Positions 28,301 to 37,579 of a stretch of 64,000 nucleotides of DNA are shown here, one piece after another. The stretch's first letter is position 1, and every line of letters starts with the position of its first letter. The notes beneath the pieces are model-generated. The model saw only the letters and a list, made by a program, of their open reading frames with translations. It did no database searches and was not told the DNA's origin. The position numbers and the translations under genes were made by a program. Source of the DNA: an uncultured Halobacteriales archaeon (GTDB taxonomy: Archaea > Thermoplasmatota > E2 > JACPAO01 > JAHFTW01); the NCBI GenBank assembly GCA_964627625.1, contig CAZVJB010000011.1, forward strand, positions 12,175 to 76,174. Direction: 5' to 3'.

Positions 28301-29280
28301 ACTTGGTAAGCGTACGTCTGTCCGCTAGTCAACCACATGTCGTCGTAACTTGTCGCGCCCGCCGCCATCGTGTTCAGCAGGCTAAAGGGTGCGCCGCCGA
28401 CGCTGCGATAGATGCGCCACTCCGTAACCGGTTGGGCTCCGTTGTCCACGGGGGTCCAACTGAGGCGGACGGTGTTGTCGCCAATGGCCTGGGCGGAAAG
28501 GCCAACTGGCGGACTTTGCCACATGCGAAGGGGATTGCCAGCGCCGTTTCCGCTGTCGCCGACGGTCCATTTTCCCGTCCCCGGTTGGGTGTTGCTCGTG
28601 CCAGCGGCCAGGTAGTCGCGAGGCGTTCCGGGCCCCACCGGGGTTGGTTCTCGCTGGGCGTTGGCCATCATGCCAAGCCATTGGTCACCGTCCTTCGGCT
28701 GAAGTGCCGGATTCCCCCAGAGCGTGCGCTTGACCGTGTACTTGAGCTCGTTACAGACCCAGGTCGGAGCGGTCAGGAAATTGGTGCCTTGACCCGATTC
28801 GGGCGGGCTCCCCGCATTGCTGTACGGATAAAGTTTGGAGTTGATGAAGCCCGTCGCGAATTTAGCCGTGGCCGCCGCGTGATATTGCTGCCCATTGGCC
28901 ACCGTGAAGTCAACGGGGTAGCGCACGGCCTCGCCAACGTTGGCGGCCGCTGTCGGATCAAAGAGCGGGCTGGGCGACCCTACTTTAATCCAGAAGTAGA
29001 TGTTGTCTGTGTCCGATGACATGCCGAGCCGAATCAATTCGGCCCTCGCGGCATCCGGACTGCCGGGGCTTCGGTCGTCCACCGGTTCGGAGGCACCTGG
29101 GGTGCCGTCCGGGTTCAGGGCCATGACCTCGAACCCTGTGCCATTGCCCGCCGCCGCAAGTTGCGCGCACACCGCCATGGCTCCCAGAAGAAGCAGCGGT
29201 AGAAGTGCGGCCTTGAGAATGACGTCAACACGGAGCTTTCCGGTTATGCAAGCGGGTTCGACAGGACTCAACGTGGCCAC
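25399..29280 (-). CDS. Large cell-surface protein (1293 aa) with signal peptide, FN3-like and PKD domains and a C-terminal TM anchor with basic tail
   Basis: The N-terminus LLPLLLLGAMAVCAQLAAAG is signal-like. A PKD signature is present (SVTAWSWNFGDGYTS), plus FN3-like repeats (TAPSTLAVGTPTATSLKLTW). The C-terminus is AIMAAVAAAVLVVAGVAAVMF followed by RIRRPAAS. Confidence 0.7.
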   Translation of the reverse strand: MATLSPVEPACITGKLRVDVILKAALLPLLLLGAMAVCAQLAAAGNGTGFEVMALNPDGTPGASEPVDDRSPGSPDAARAELIRLGMSSDTDNIYFWIKVGSPSPLFDPTAAANVGEAVRYPVDFTVANGQQYHAAATAKFATGFINSKLYPYSNAGSPPESGQGTNFLTAPTWVCNELKYTVKRTLWGNPALQPKDGDQWLGMMANAQREPTPVGPGTPRDYLAAGTSNTQPGTGKWTVGDSGNGAGNPLRMWQSPPVGLSAQAIGDNTVRLSWTPVDNGAQPVTEWRIYRSVGGAPFSLLNTMAAGATSYDDMWLTSGQTYAYQVSGVNCPQFPIQPGANVAGESLSSASVSVTPDFKPTAPSTLAVGTPTATSLKLTWTASSGDCPAVGCTPAGSGASGVQGYAMYRGASGAETFIMNIPAGGACASTPCEYTNTGLTTGATYCYYLRAYDGYTGGPNLSPGTPESCGTPSEPPAAPAAVADTFAVDANALFSAAACAVGIPAAPGGPYKGVLCNDQDAAGDAIQAILVTSPTQTTPGGSFTWDADNKGGFTYRAATDYCGFAGDSFQYQLKDVSTNTMLNTATVQLNIACPPAAVADTFSATINSLFTAAPCAANVPSATGGPYKGVLCNDQDTANHAILALLVSGPSHVASGGSFSWNSDNKGGFVYQADTDYCGATGDSFQYQLKDATTNTLLNTVTVQLDIGCTVNQAPTAACGVTTAPPFAPGQSIAFSSAGSSDSDGTIASWSWTFPSGTPTSASDASTMASWAIAGTFAVTLSVTDDDGATSPFATCNVTVTNTPPTATEDYYVAIKNGYLDTMTQSRPSILANDVDAEANIIGIDLNSCPAPFMPGILWPVNLEPPNAGHFVFTPNPGFVGDATFSYKARDALGLVSDSCATVTIHVQENRAPSTAFTASPTTVRVGEPATFVDASSDPDAGDSVTAWSWNFGDGYTSYGRSPIHIFGIVGTYSTCLQVTDIWGTTGKTACRSINVIAPSGGSNPGPPNGPGTPPGNNPNPANPPTATPLKVDAGLDQTVAEGAVVKLQATITGTTTATTTWTQTYGPKVQLINANTQTPSFTAPLLTGSAVVLYFELTAEDGSRSGTDGIMVALESITPSPVAKVAAQGQADVGQIVILDGAQSGGGNGDSLSFKWTQWEGPAVIIDDATTAKATFTMPDASGETLRFVLEVSDGHSSSIAVQTITVRATSEAAGPSEPAPEASAPIAGPDSVPTTLVEASGGPTFAIMAAVAAAVLVVAGVAAVMFRIRRPAASISASSPEQLVHDMARR

Positions 29281-29432
29281 CGTTCCGGGTCAACCAAATC
29301 GCATGCAGGTCATCTCTGTTTTGGGCTTTCCATGGTGCATGCAAAGCGTTGGAGTAGTGGACCAGGAAACAATGTGACCAAAAGCAACATGTAGGCGCAG
29401 GGCCTTGGTTTCGCCGGCGTGGTTGGATAGTC

Positions 29433-31406
29433 ATGCATTGTCTACGCGGGGCTGGACGGTTGGCCTGCGTTGCTCTACTGATGGTTTGGGTGGCGTCAAC
29501 CGTAGAGGCGGCGATTACGCCCATTTCCCCGGCCGATCCCGATGGCGCGCTAGTCTTCGCTCAAGCCATGGCACCAGGTGAGGCTTCCACGACTCTCGTC
29601 ACAAGCGCGAAGTGGATCCATTATGGGAGCTGCAACACGATGGTGTCGCCCACCATCAAGTGCCCCGCCCCTGACGGCCCATCGGCGCTTGGTCCCGCGG
29701 GCTATGCTGATGCGGCCCTCACGGAACCGTTCGGCATTCGGGACGGCCGGTTGGTGGCCCTCATGACGACCGGATTGGCGGCCGCCGCCGACCAACCCCA
29801 GAGCCGTGTTCAATCCAGCGACAACCGCGACCGCATCGGCGATGTCTTTGATGTAACCATTATCCAAATTGATTTGGAGGTACCAAGCGGCCACGACTGC
29901 TTGGCATTCGATTTCCAGTTTCTGACGGAGGAGCCGCAGCGACCGGAAGGCCAAGTCACAACTGGGGACATTTTCCTTGCCGAATTGGACGCCAATACTC
30001 TCGGCGTCTCGAAGACCGGATACCTTGCGCAGCAGAATTTTGCAGTCGCACGCGTTGAGGACAAGCCTGTTCCTGCCACGAGTTTCACTCTACCGTTCGG
30101 GACCAAGCCTGCCTTGCTCAACCCCGGCAATCCAGATCAGGGGACGGTTTACGACCGCGGCTCGCAGGTTTGGACGGCGCGTACGGTCATGGCACCCGCG
30201 GGCGGCGCCCACCGCCTGTACCTGAGCTTCTACGAACGTGGCCTGGCCACACAGGACAGCGGCGTCCTTCTGGACAAGCTCGACACCTTCTCGTCGACGC
30301 AGCGGCCCTGCGGCCCGGAGGCGCCCTTGGCCAAGGTGCCGCCGCGCATTGCCTTCACGGCATCCCAGGCTCGAGCCTGTGGCATGAATTCCGTAATCTT
30401 CGAGGACAACAGCACCACCGGCAGCGAGGCTCTGCATTCGTGGGAATGGGATTTCGGTGACGGCGCGACCGGAAATGGCCAGAAAACAAACCACACGTAT
30501 GCCAGCGGGGGCTCCTACAACGTAACGCTGATTGTAACCGATCAGGGCGGCATGTCGAACTCGACTACGGTCCCAATCCGCGTCGAGGGTGAAGTGCGGT
30601 GTTCGAACGGTGTCCCTGAACAAGGCCACGACGTGCCCGCCAACACGCCGGCCGAGCAATCCCGCGGGACGACGGGACTCGGCGGCGGGCAGTGCGTTGG
30701 TGATCAGGACGGCGCTGCAGGGTGCGGGTCGGGAGGAAAGGGCGCCCCCGAGTCTCCAACAGCCGCAGGCGACTTCCTCACAAAGCATAGCCGCGACCCG
30801 ATTCCAGCACTGCTTCTTGTTCTGGCTGTTGGGTCCGGCTTAATGGCGCTTCGCCGCTGGTGGCCTGCGATTGGGGGCCTATACGCACGACTTGTTGGCC
30901 GCGACCTACTCGACCTCGAAACGCGACGGCAAATTGTCGATTTCATCCGAGCAAACCCGGGAAGCTCCTACCTAGCCGTCGCAAAGCGCCTCGAGAAGGG
31001 GCGGGGGGCAGTAGCGTACCATTTGCGCGTCCTCGTGAAGGGCGGCGCGCTCTATCGCCACGAATGGCAAGGCACAGTCGGCTACCACATAGCTGAGCCA
31101 GGTACGAATCCAGCACACTTCGACGCAAGCGCCGCCTTGCGCTCGAAGACTGCATGGCGCCTCCTGCTCCGGCTCGCCGAGTGTTCAGCCGCGGCCCCGC
31201 CGGCGCTATCCGCGGCGCTTGGCGTCTCGCGAAACACGATCCGCTACCACCTGCGGCGCTTGAGCAATGCGCGGCTAATCGAGGTGGCGGATGGGTCCAC
31301 CCGTCGTGAATACCTCTTGACGCCCCTGGGGCGGAGCTGCCTCCAGGAAGCGCATGGCGGGCATCCCACTTTCGTGCCGTCGTCCGACGCCAGCCAGCAC
31401 GCGTGA
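29433..31406 (+). CDS. Membrane-spanning one-component regulator: signal peptide, extracellular PKD domain, single TM, two cytoplasmic wHTH domains
   Basis: Signal peptide LACVALLMVWVASTVEAA. PKD signature SWEWDFGDGATGNGQKTNHTYASGGSYNVTLIVTD. TM helice IPALLLVLAVGSGLMALRRWW. Then ETRRQIVDFIRANPGSSYLAVAKRLEKGRGAVAYHLRVLVKGG and ALGVSRNTIRYHLRRLSNARLIEV. Confidence 0.65.
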   Translation: MHCLRGAGRLACVALLMVWVASTVEAAITPISPADPDGALVFAQAMAPGEASTTLVTSAKWIHYGSCNTMVSPTIKCPAPDGPSALGPAGYADAALTEPFGIRDGRLVALMTTGLAAAADQPQSRVQSSDNRDRIGDVFDVTIIQIDLEVPSGHDCLAFDFQFLTEEPQRPEGQVTTGDIFLAELDANTLGVSKTGYLAQQNFAVARVEDKPVPATSFTLPFGTKPALLNPGNPDQGTVYDRGSQVWTARTVMAPAGGAHRLYLSFYERGLATQDSGVLLDKLDTFSSTQRPCGPEAPLAKVPPRIAFTASQARACGMNSVIFEDNSTTGSEALHSWEWDFGDGATGNGQKTNHTYASGGSYNVTLIVTDQGGMSNSTTVPIRVEGEVRCSNGVPEQGHDVPANTPAEQSRGTTGLGGGQCVGDQDGAAGCGSGGKGAPESPTAAGDFLTKHSRDPIPALLLVLAVGSGLMALRRWWPAIGGLYARLVGRDLLDLETRRQIVDFIRANPGSSYLAVAKRLEKGRGAVAYHLRVLVKGGALYRHEWQGTVGYHIAEPGTNPAHFDASAALRSKTAWRLLLRLAECSAAAPPALSAALGVSRNTIRYHLRRLSNARLIEVADGSTRREYLLTPLGRSCLQEAHGGHPTFVPSSDASQHA

Positions 31407-31509
31407 GAGGCATGGCCTGCCGTTTCGTAGCTCGCCAATCCAGGGATGCGGCGCCACCGGGCAACAAACAGCCCAAAAGGTCCTTTCATGCGAGCTTTTT
31501 CACATCGTC

Positions 31510-33372
31510 ATGCAACGGGCGACGGTAAGTGTTTCGCGGCGCGTCAGCGGCGGCCTGAGGGGGCGGCTTCTGGCCGCGTTGTCCGTGCTTGGGGTTGCCC
31601 TGTTCGTCCTGCCAAACGTTCAAGCTCAGCCGGCAATCATCATGGACGATGCCGTTGCATTGGCCGTAACTTCATTCGGCAGCCTCGGAAGTGAATATGG
31701 CGGGATCTACACTTCGCCGTCGAACTGCAATACGGACGCCATGCTCGTTCGGGAACTCGCGACCAACTTCGACGCGCTGTGCGGAACCAATCAGGGCGAG
31801 GGGTGGGGTTTGGCCTACGACCTGGGCCTCGCGACCGACACAAGTTGCTTTGCGCAGGCCAGTTGGAACCCGACGACGAGCATGCCCGAGCCGACGGTGG
31901 TTTCGTTCACCGGCGACGCGACAAGTGCGCAATGGATCCTCCAGTGCGGTACCATGCAAGTGACACAAACGCTTGGCCCGGTTGACGGGCACCCCGGAAT
32001 CTTTCGCGGCGACGTGCACTTGCTCAACGTAGGCCCCGGCATAAGCCATCAGGTCATGTACCGACGATTCATGGGCTGGGGCCCCTTTGCAACGGGCTGC
32101 TGCGGCACGTTTACTGACCTCGCTACATTTCCCCTGGCAGCACCGCCCCCGGAGTCCCTGGTTGAGTCCGGGCTTGCCAACGCCGTAACGGGTGACCCCG
32201 GCGTGGAGCCAGACTATTGGATTCAAGGTCCCCCCGGCGGTTCGGATATTGCGCGGTTCTACCAACAGAGGCAGAGTGTCGTCTGGACCCTACAGTTCGG
32301 GACGTTCTTGCCAGGCGCTTGGGAGTCCTTCACGTTCTACTACGGCGTGTTGCCCGATGAAGCAACGGCTCGGGCACCACTTGCGGCGCTTGGAGCACAG
32401 GTGTACAGCCTATCCTATCCAGGGGCCGGGGTGGCAGGCGGCACACCGTCGGCGCCGAGCGGCCCGGTCGCACTTTCGGCACTGGCGGACCTGCCCCACC
32501 CAATTGGCCCCAACCCGCCGCCGCCCCCCGTCGCCGGCTTGGATTGGACGTTCACGGACTCCGGCTGCGCAACGCCAGTGAAGTTCACCGACATATCGAC
32601 TCCCGCGTACGCTCCAATTGTCGCCTGGGAATGGCATTTTGGCGACGGCGCATCCAGTGTCGAGCAGAACCCTGAGCACATCTATCGGGCCCCGGGCGAA
32701 TACGGCGTCGTACTCATCGTCATTGATGAGAACGGTTTATCGGCCTCGTTCGGTACAACAATTGTCGTGCCGCAGCAGCGGACCTGCGAAGCGGGCGGCC
32801 AATCGAACGAGACCCAACCGCGACCACCGCACGACGGCGCGGACGAGGATTTGCAAACGGATGCCGAGGGTGACGGAATACCTGATCGGCTCGATAACTG
32901 CCCTTCTGTCTCAAATGCTGCCCAGCGCGACACTGATGATGATGGCCAAGGCGATTCGTGCGACCAGGACGCCGACAACGACGGCCTTGCCGACGACGAG
33001 GACAATTGTCCCCTCATCGTGAATCCTGGCCAAACGGACTTTGATGGCGACGGCTACGGAGACGCTTGCGATGCGGACGCCGACGGCGACAAGGTAAGTG
33101 ACGGCATGGACAACTGCCTGCACCTGGCCAATCGTTCACAGACCGACGAGGATGGAGATGGAATTGGCGACGACTGCGAAATCCACATCGCGCTCATTTC
33201 GGATGCGGCCGCAAGGCCAGGCAACTTGCCCAATGAGCGGCGCGGCGTCGAAGTGGCATCTCGGCCGGACAACAATCCTATGTCATCCGGTCTGGCAATC
33301 GGGGTCAGCCTTGGAGCCGCGGCCCTGTTAGCGGTTGTGGCGCCGCGCATGCGGGGCCGCAAGCAGCAGTGA
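31510..33372 (+). CDS. Surface protein with signal peptide, PKD domain, thrombospondin-type-3-like Ca-binding repeats and C-terminal TM anchor
   Basis: The start is moved to the in-frame ATG at 31510, giving MQRATVSVSRRVSGGLRGRLLAALSVLGVALFVLPNVQAQP. PKD signature AWEWHFGDGASS...YGVVLIVID. Repeated DxDxDGxxDxxDNC units follow (DGDGIPDRLDNCP, DDDGQGDSCDQDADNDGLADDEDNCP, DFDGDGYGDACD, DEDGDGIGDDCE). The C-terminus is LAIGVSLGAAALLAVVAP followed by RMRGRKQQ. Confidence 0.65.
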   Translation: MQRATVSVSRRVSGGLRGRLLAALSVLGVALFVLPNVQAQPAIIMDDAVALAVTSFGSLGSEYGGIYTSPSNCNTDAMLVRELATNFDALCGTNQGEGWGLAYDLGLATDTSCFAQASWNPTTSMPEPTVVSFTGDATSAQWILQCGTMQVTQTLGPVDGHPGIFRGDVHLLNVGPGISHQVMYRRFMGWGPFATGCCGTFTDLATFPLAAPPPESLVESGLANAVTGDPGVEPDYWIQGPPGGSDIARFYQQRQSVVWTLQFGTFLPGAWESFTFYYGVLPDEATARAPLAALGAQVYSLSYPGAGVAGGTPSAPSGPVALSALADLPHPIGPNPPPPPVAGLDWTFTDSGCATPVKFTDISTPAYAPIVAWEWHFGDGASSVEQNPEHIYRAPGEYGVVLIVIDENGLSASFGTTIVVPQQRTCEAGGQSNETQPRPPHDGADEDLQTDAEGDGIPDRLDNCPSVSNAAQRDTDDDGQGDSCDQDADNDGLADDEDNCPLIVNPGQTDFDGDGYGDACDADADGDKVSDGMDNCLHLANRSQTDEDGDGIGDDCEIHIALISDAAARPGNLPNERRGVEVASRPDNNPMSSGLAIGVSLGAAALLAVVAPRMRGRKQQ

Positions 33373-33592
33373 TGCGCCAACCAACCAGAGCAACACACGA
33401 AGTGTGGCCGTGCCTCTCGGTGAGAGCCCAACGCAAACAAGAGGCACAACCCGGAGGAAGTTGCATCGTGAGCCTCGTTTCCAACCGGCCTGGGTGTTCA
33501 TGGCGCGCCAATGCACGCGTGAGTGCATTGGAAAATCGGACTGCTACGCCCTCATGTGGACTGCCTGGCCAGCAGGCAGCAGCTGACGTTCA

Positions 33593-34125
33593 GTGGTAAC
33601 ACAAACTACGCCGCAGGCACGTCAGAGACGCGAACGAATTCTGGACTTCGTCGCGAAGCGGCCGGGGTGTTCCCTGCGCGCCATTGCGCGAGCTGGCGAC
33701 TTGGAGGTTAAGGTGGCACGTTACCATGTGCTGTACTTGGCTAAGCGGGAGCTCGTGACGATTAGTCGTGGTCGGCGTGCCTGGTTGGTCTTCCCCGCGG
33801 GCATGCCTCCAGGCGATCCAACCACCGAGGTTGCCTTGCGTGACGCTCAATTGACGCGATTGTGGGCCTGGATGACGGGACAAACGCCGCAAAGCAAGAA
33901 AAACATCTGGACCACGCACAGCAACGGTGGGGAAGGTCACGCTCCACGACGCGCCACCGCCTAACGCGCCTTATCCGGGCCGGCCTCGTCACATGTGCAC
34001 GATACCTGGCGAATCGCATCCGCTGCATGAGCACGAAATCCGCTTTGCCTTGCCCGTTACTCGAGATGCCACCGAATCACGAAGCCGCTGCAACCTTCAG
34101 TCAAGAAGCAGACGACCGAGCTTGA
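33593..34125 (+). pseudogene. Frameshifted paralog of the two-domain wHTH regulator (frame A 33593-33964; frame B 33862-34125)
   Basis: Frame A encodes wHTH-1 (ILDFVAKRPGCSLRAIARAGDLEVKVARYHVLYLAKRELV). The second signature, HAQQRWGRSRSTTRHRLTRLIRAGLV, lies in a +1 frame. The switch is near the run gcaagaaaaacatc (A5) around 33885-33900. Confidence 0.45.
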
Positions 34126-34248
34126 CTTGCCAAGCATCTCGTAGTACGCAAACGCCCATTCGTCCCGCAGAACCCTCCGAGGATATCGTGACGGAGAAAA
34201 CCCGTCGCGAGAGGTTTCACGCCTCCTCGTCATAGTCATATGTGACAA

Positions 34249-35136
34249 TTGATTGGTTGCGAACTGGTGAACCTTCAATACTTGACGCCGCAGCGGGCCC
34301 GGGACCTAGCCCTTGCCTCCAGGGAGGACCGGTGGTGGCGAAGTCCGTTGAGCTTCGCTGCAGGTGTCTCGTTCCAGGCCGCCTTCACGCGTCAGCAGGC
34401 ATGGATGGAGACCTACCGCGTCGAACGTCAATACCTCGGTAGCGAAGCGGCGTTTGCCTTGGCTCGGAGTGAACCGGTCGCGCCGGCCGAGTACACGAAC
34501 GGGGTCGTGCGATGGCTGTACGGACTAGGTGACCTGGTCGATTGCCCCACTTGCACGGGAAACGGCAGGACAACGTGCAAGACGTGCAAGGGTCAGCAGA
34601 AGCTTCCATGTCCACGGTGTTCTCACCTTGACAATCATCAGCCGCCCTGCAAAAAATGCAATGGCACCCGCGTGGCCGGCCAGGCAGCCTGCGAAGCCTG
34701 CCACGGGAGGGGCTACGAGTCGCCTTGCTTGAAATGCAACGACGAGCGCGCGGTTGCTTGTCCGACATGCATTGGCCTAGGCAGCACGACGTGCGAAAAG
34801 TGCGACGGCAACGCCAAGGTTTACCAAGTCGATGTTGCGGAAAAGAAGTATGAGACTACCGCCTCCGTGAGTTGGCAAAAGCGCCCGGACCTTCCGCAAG
34901 GTGTGGTTGACTTGTTGGAACGTGAGCTCCCGCTCTCTCGAGAGGAGGCCCTGGAAAAGCCAGAAAGCGGCGTAGTGGAAGTCTTGGCTTCTCGGCGTCT
35001 TTACCACGCGGGCTTGGTTGACGTTGTGAGGTTCAAGCGACTCCTTTCCTCTACCGTCGTGAGCTGCGGCGGATACGTGCACCGCTTGGATCGCCGGGTT
35101 GGAAACGCGCTGCCTGCCGCTTGGTGGCACGCGTAG
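34249..35136 (+). CDS. Protein with DnaJ-type Cys-rich zinc-finger repeats (CxxCxGxG)
   Basis: CPTCTGNGRTTCKTCKGQQKLPCPRCS, CKKCNGTRVAGQAACEACHGRG and CLKCNDERAVACPTCIGLGSTTCEKCDGNAKV are DnaJ-central-domain-like CxxCxGxG units. There is no J domain. Confidence 0.45.
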   Translation: MIGCELVNLQYLTPQRARDLALASREDRWWRSPLSFAAGVSFQAAFTRQQAWMETYRVERQYLGSEAAFALARSEPVAPAEYTNGVVRWLYGLGDLVDCPTCTGNGRTTCKTCKGQQKLPCPRCSHLDNHQPPCKKCNGTRVAGQAACEACHGRGYESPCLKCNDERAVACPTCIGLGSTTCEKCDGNAKVYQVDVAEKKYETTASVSWQKRPDLPQGVVDLLERELPLSREEALEKPESGVVEVLASRRLYHAGLVDVVRFKRLLSSTVVSCGGYVHRLDRRVGNALPAAWWHA

Positions 35137-35562
35137 GACGGCGTTCCTGCGTGTTGGGGCTGGGCAACCGCGTGGTGGCGTAGAATCGCTACCATGACAA
35201 CTCGGGATGGTGTGGCCTACTTGAGTCGAAAACGAAGGCCGCGACCTAAGCGCAGAGAGGTGCCGCGCTGGCCGATGGTAATGCCGCGGCGGCCGCCGAC
35301 AGTGATGTTTCCCGAGAGTCCATTTTTGGTCGTCCACAAGCGAAATGGGCCAACCCGCATGGACTTTCGTGCCATGACAATCCATTGCGAATGCCCATTA
35401 AGAGAGTTGCGGGGGGAAGACTGCCGTATCACGCCAGGGCCAACCGTGGAAATTCCGCGAACTCCTGGCTCGGATATGGCGAGGTGGCGTGTGCAAGGCC
35501 GACCTGCTCCAGGGCGCCGGCCTAGCCAGAAGCCTTGAACGAGCGCTGCTCCTGGGAGGCGC

Positions 35563-37443
35563 ATGCCAGACCCAGCCCTCCTTCCCGGATCCACGGCGGG
35601 TCGAATTCGATGCGCGGCAGGGCCCGGAACCGGGAAGACGTACCAGCTGAAGCAGCGCGTTTCCAAGCTTCTTGAGAAGGCGCCCGACAAGGGCCACCGG
35701 ATATTCGCGGTAACCTTCACTCGCCAGGCGGCTGCGCAGCTAAAGGGCGACTTGACACAGATTCAGGGCGCAGAGGAACTGGTTGCATGTACGCTCCACT
35801 CGCACGCGTTCTCTGTCCTTGGCAGCGATTCGGCAATTGCAGCCCTGGGCCGTCACCCCCGACCCTTGTTTGACCACGAGCTGCCTGCCTTCCTGCATGA
35901 TGCCGCAGCGTCTCAGGGTTCCGTTGCAGCGGCCAAGGAACGGCTCCATGCCTTCGACAGCATGTGGGCCAGACTTCAAACGGAGGAAATCGGCTTTCCA
36001 ACAAACACGGCTGACAAGGAGTTCAATGATTTCTACGTCCAGTGGATGGTCCTTCACCGTGCCATGGCTATCGGGGAACTGATTTCACTAGCCGTCAGAT
36101 ACCTGCGCAATAACCCGATGGCACCCGCCTATGACACGTTTGATCACATTCTCGTCGACGAATATCAAGACTTGAACCGCGCGGATCAGGTCCTCCTCCA
36201 GCTCCTGGCATCCAAGGGCCGCATGATGATTGTGGGTGACGACGACCAGTCCATCTATTCGTTTAGATTCGCAAATCCGGACGGCATCCGGCAATGGTTG
36301 GATGGTCAGGCCCCGCCAAAGGAAGATTATCAATTGGTTGTATGTCGGCGATGCGATGGGCGCATTGTGGACGCCGCCAACCTCTTGATTGCCAGGAACC
36401 CTAATCGCTTGAAGGGAGATTTACGGCCCTTGGCCGAAAAAGTAAACCGTGGCGAAATCAGCGTCCTTCAATGGAATACGCTGGAGAACGAACTGGACGG
36501 TTTGGCGGAGGGAATTGACCGACTTCTGAAGGCCGGAAAGGTGCCGCCGGATGGCCGCATCCTCGTCCTTGTGCCCCGCGCTGATTTTGGAAGCAGGCTG
36601 GCCACCAAATTGAATGCGATGGGGAGAACCGATGTTCGCTTCCACGGCAAGCCCAACTGGGCGGGCCTTGAGATGCAACGCGCGCTATCTCTGCTTTCCC
36701 TGGCAGATAACCAAGATGACGCGGTGGCCCTGCGTGTTTGGGTTGGCCTGGGGAGCGCCGACTACCGGCGCGCCGCCTATGCCAAGGTCATCCACCATTG
36801 CGTTCAGACGGGAGCCACCCCTCAACAGGTGCTGCGAGATGATTCCCTATGCCGGGTCACTCTACGAATTGCCGCGATTCGAGATCGATATGAGGAGCTT
36901 GAGGGCGCCCTACGCCCTCTCCTCGATATGGGCCGTGCACAGCGGCTGGCAGAGTTGTTGCCGCTCGACGGCCCAACCGCGACACTTGGAGCCGCGCTAC
37001 GCGACGTTGAAGCCACCGCGGATCCCGACCAGACCCTTTCCGAGCTTCTGCGCGAATACGTGACTGCCCAAATCGCGACGACCAAAGACGCTCGCGTAAA
37101 CATCATGACTCCCCATGCATCGAAAGGACTGGAAGCACATACCGTCGTCGTCAGCGGGCTGGTGAACGGCGTTCTTCCCTCAGCGCCTGCCCCCACATCA
37201 GTGGCAGACGTGGCCCGCCTCCAGGAGGAACGGCGTCTTATGTACGTCATCGTAACGAGGGCCAGAGAGCGTCTGATTCTGTCTTCCTTTCAGAAGGCCA
37301 CGCGCGGCGAAAATCGGGACCTCCGGTTGAATCTGGTCGGCAATTTCTATTACGTGAACACGGTGGCCAGCCGGTTCTTGGAGGAACTTGGTCTACCAGT
37401 CAAGTCTTGGCAGCGTGGAACCGCTTGGATTGAAACGCTCTGA
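35563..37443 (+). CDS. UvrD/Rep-family superfamily-1 DNA helicase
   Basis: The SF1 motifs are present: AGPGTGKT (I), AVTFTRQAAAQLKGDL (Ia), ILVDEYQDLN (II), MIVGDDDQSIYSFRFA (III), RRLMYVIVTRARERL (VI). Confidence 0.75.
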   Translation: MPDPALLPGSTAGRIRCAAGPGTGKTYQLKQRVSKLLEKAPDKGHRIFAVTFTRQAAAQLKGDLTQIQGAEELVACTLHSHAFSVLGSDSAIAALGRHPRPLFDHELPAFLHDAAASQGSVAAAKERLHAFDSMWARLQTEEIGFPTNTADKEFNDFYVQWMVLHRAMAIGELISLAVRYLRNNPMAPAYDTFDHILVDEYQDLNRADQVLLQLLASKGRMMIVGDDDQSIYSFRFANPDGIRQWLDGQAPPKEDYQLVVCRRCDGRIVDAANLLIARNPNRLKGDLRPLAEKVNRGEISVLQWNTLENELDGLAEGIDRLLKAGKVPPDGRILVLVPRADFGSRLATKLNAMGRTDVRFHGKPNWAGLEMQRALSLLSLADNQDDAVALRVWVGLGSADYRRAAYAKVIHHCVQTGATPQQVLRDDSLCRVTLRIAAIRDRYEELEGALRPLLDMGRAQRLAELLPLDGPTATLGAALRDVEATADPDQTLSELLREYVTAQIATTKDARVNIMTPHASKGLEAHTVVVSGLVNGVLPSAPAPTSVADVARLQEERRLMYVIVTRARERLILSSFQKATRGENRDLRLNLVGNFYYVNTVASRFLEELGLPVKSWQRGTAWIETL

Positions 37444-37579
37444 CAGGCCAGGGCCGGTGCCATGGCTCCAGACGGGATGAGATATCCCGCGGCGGAAAGC
37501 GTATGGGAACGGCCCCTCGCCGCTGGCCAACCATTGTGATGGAGTCGTCGTGAGACCCCGTCGCGGGCCTGCCTGCCTG

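Noticed and set aside
31354-31509. Upstream extension of the PKD/TSP3 protein ORF overlapping the end of the preceding gene
   Set aside because: The extension is Arg/Pro-rich. The Met at 31510 begins a proper signal peptide.
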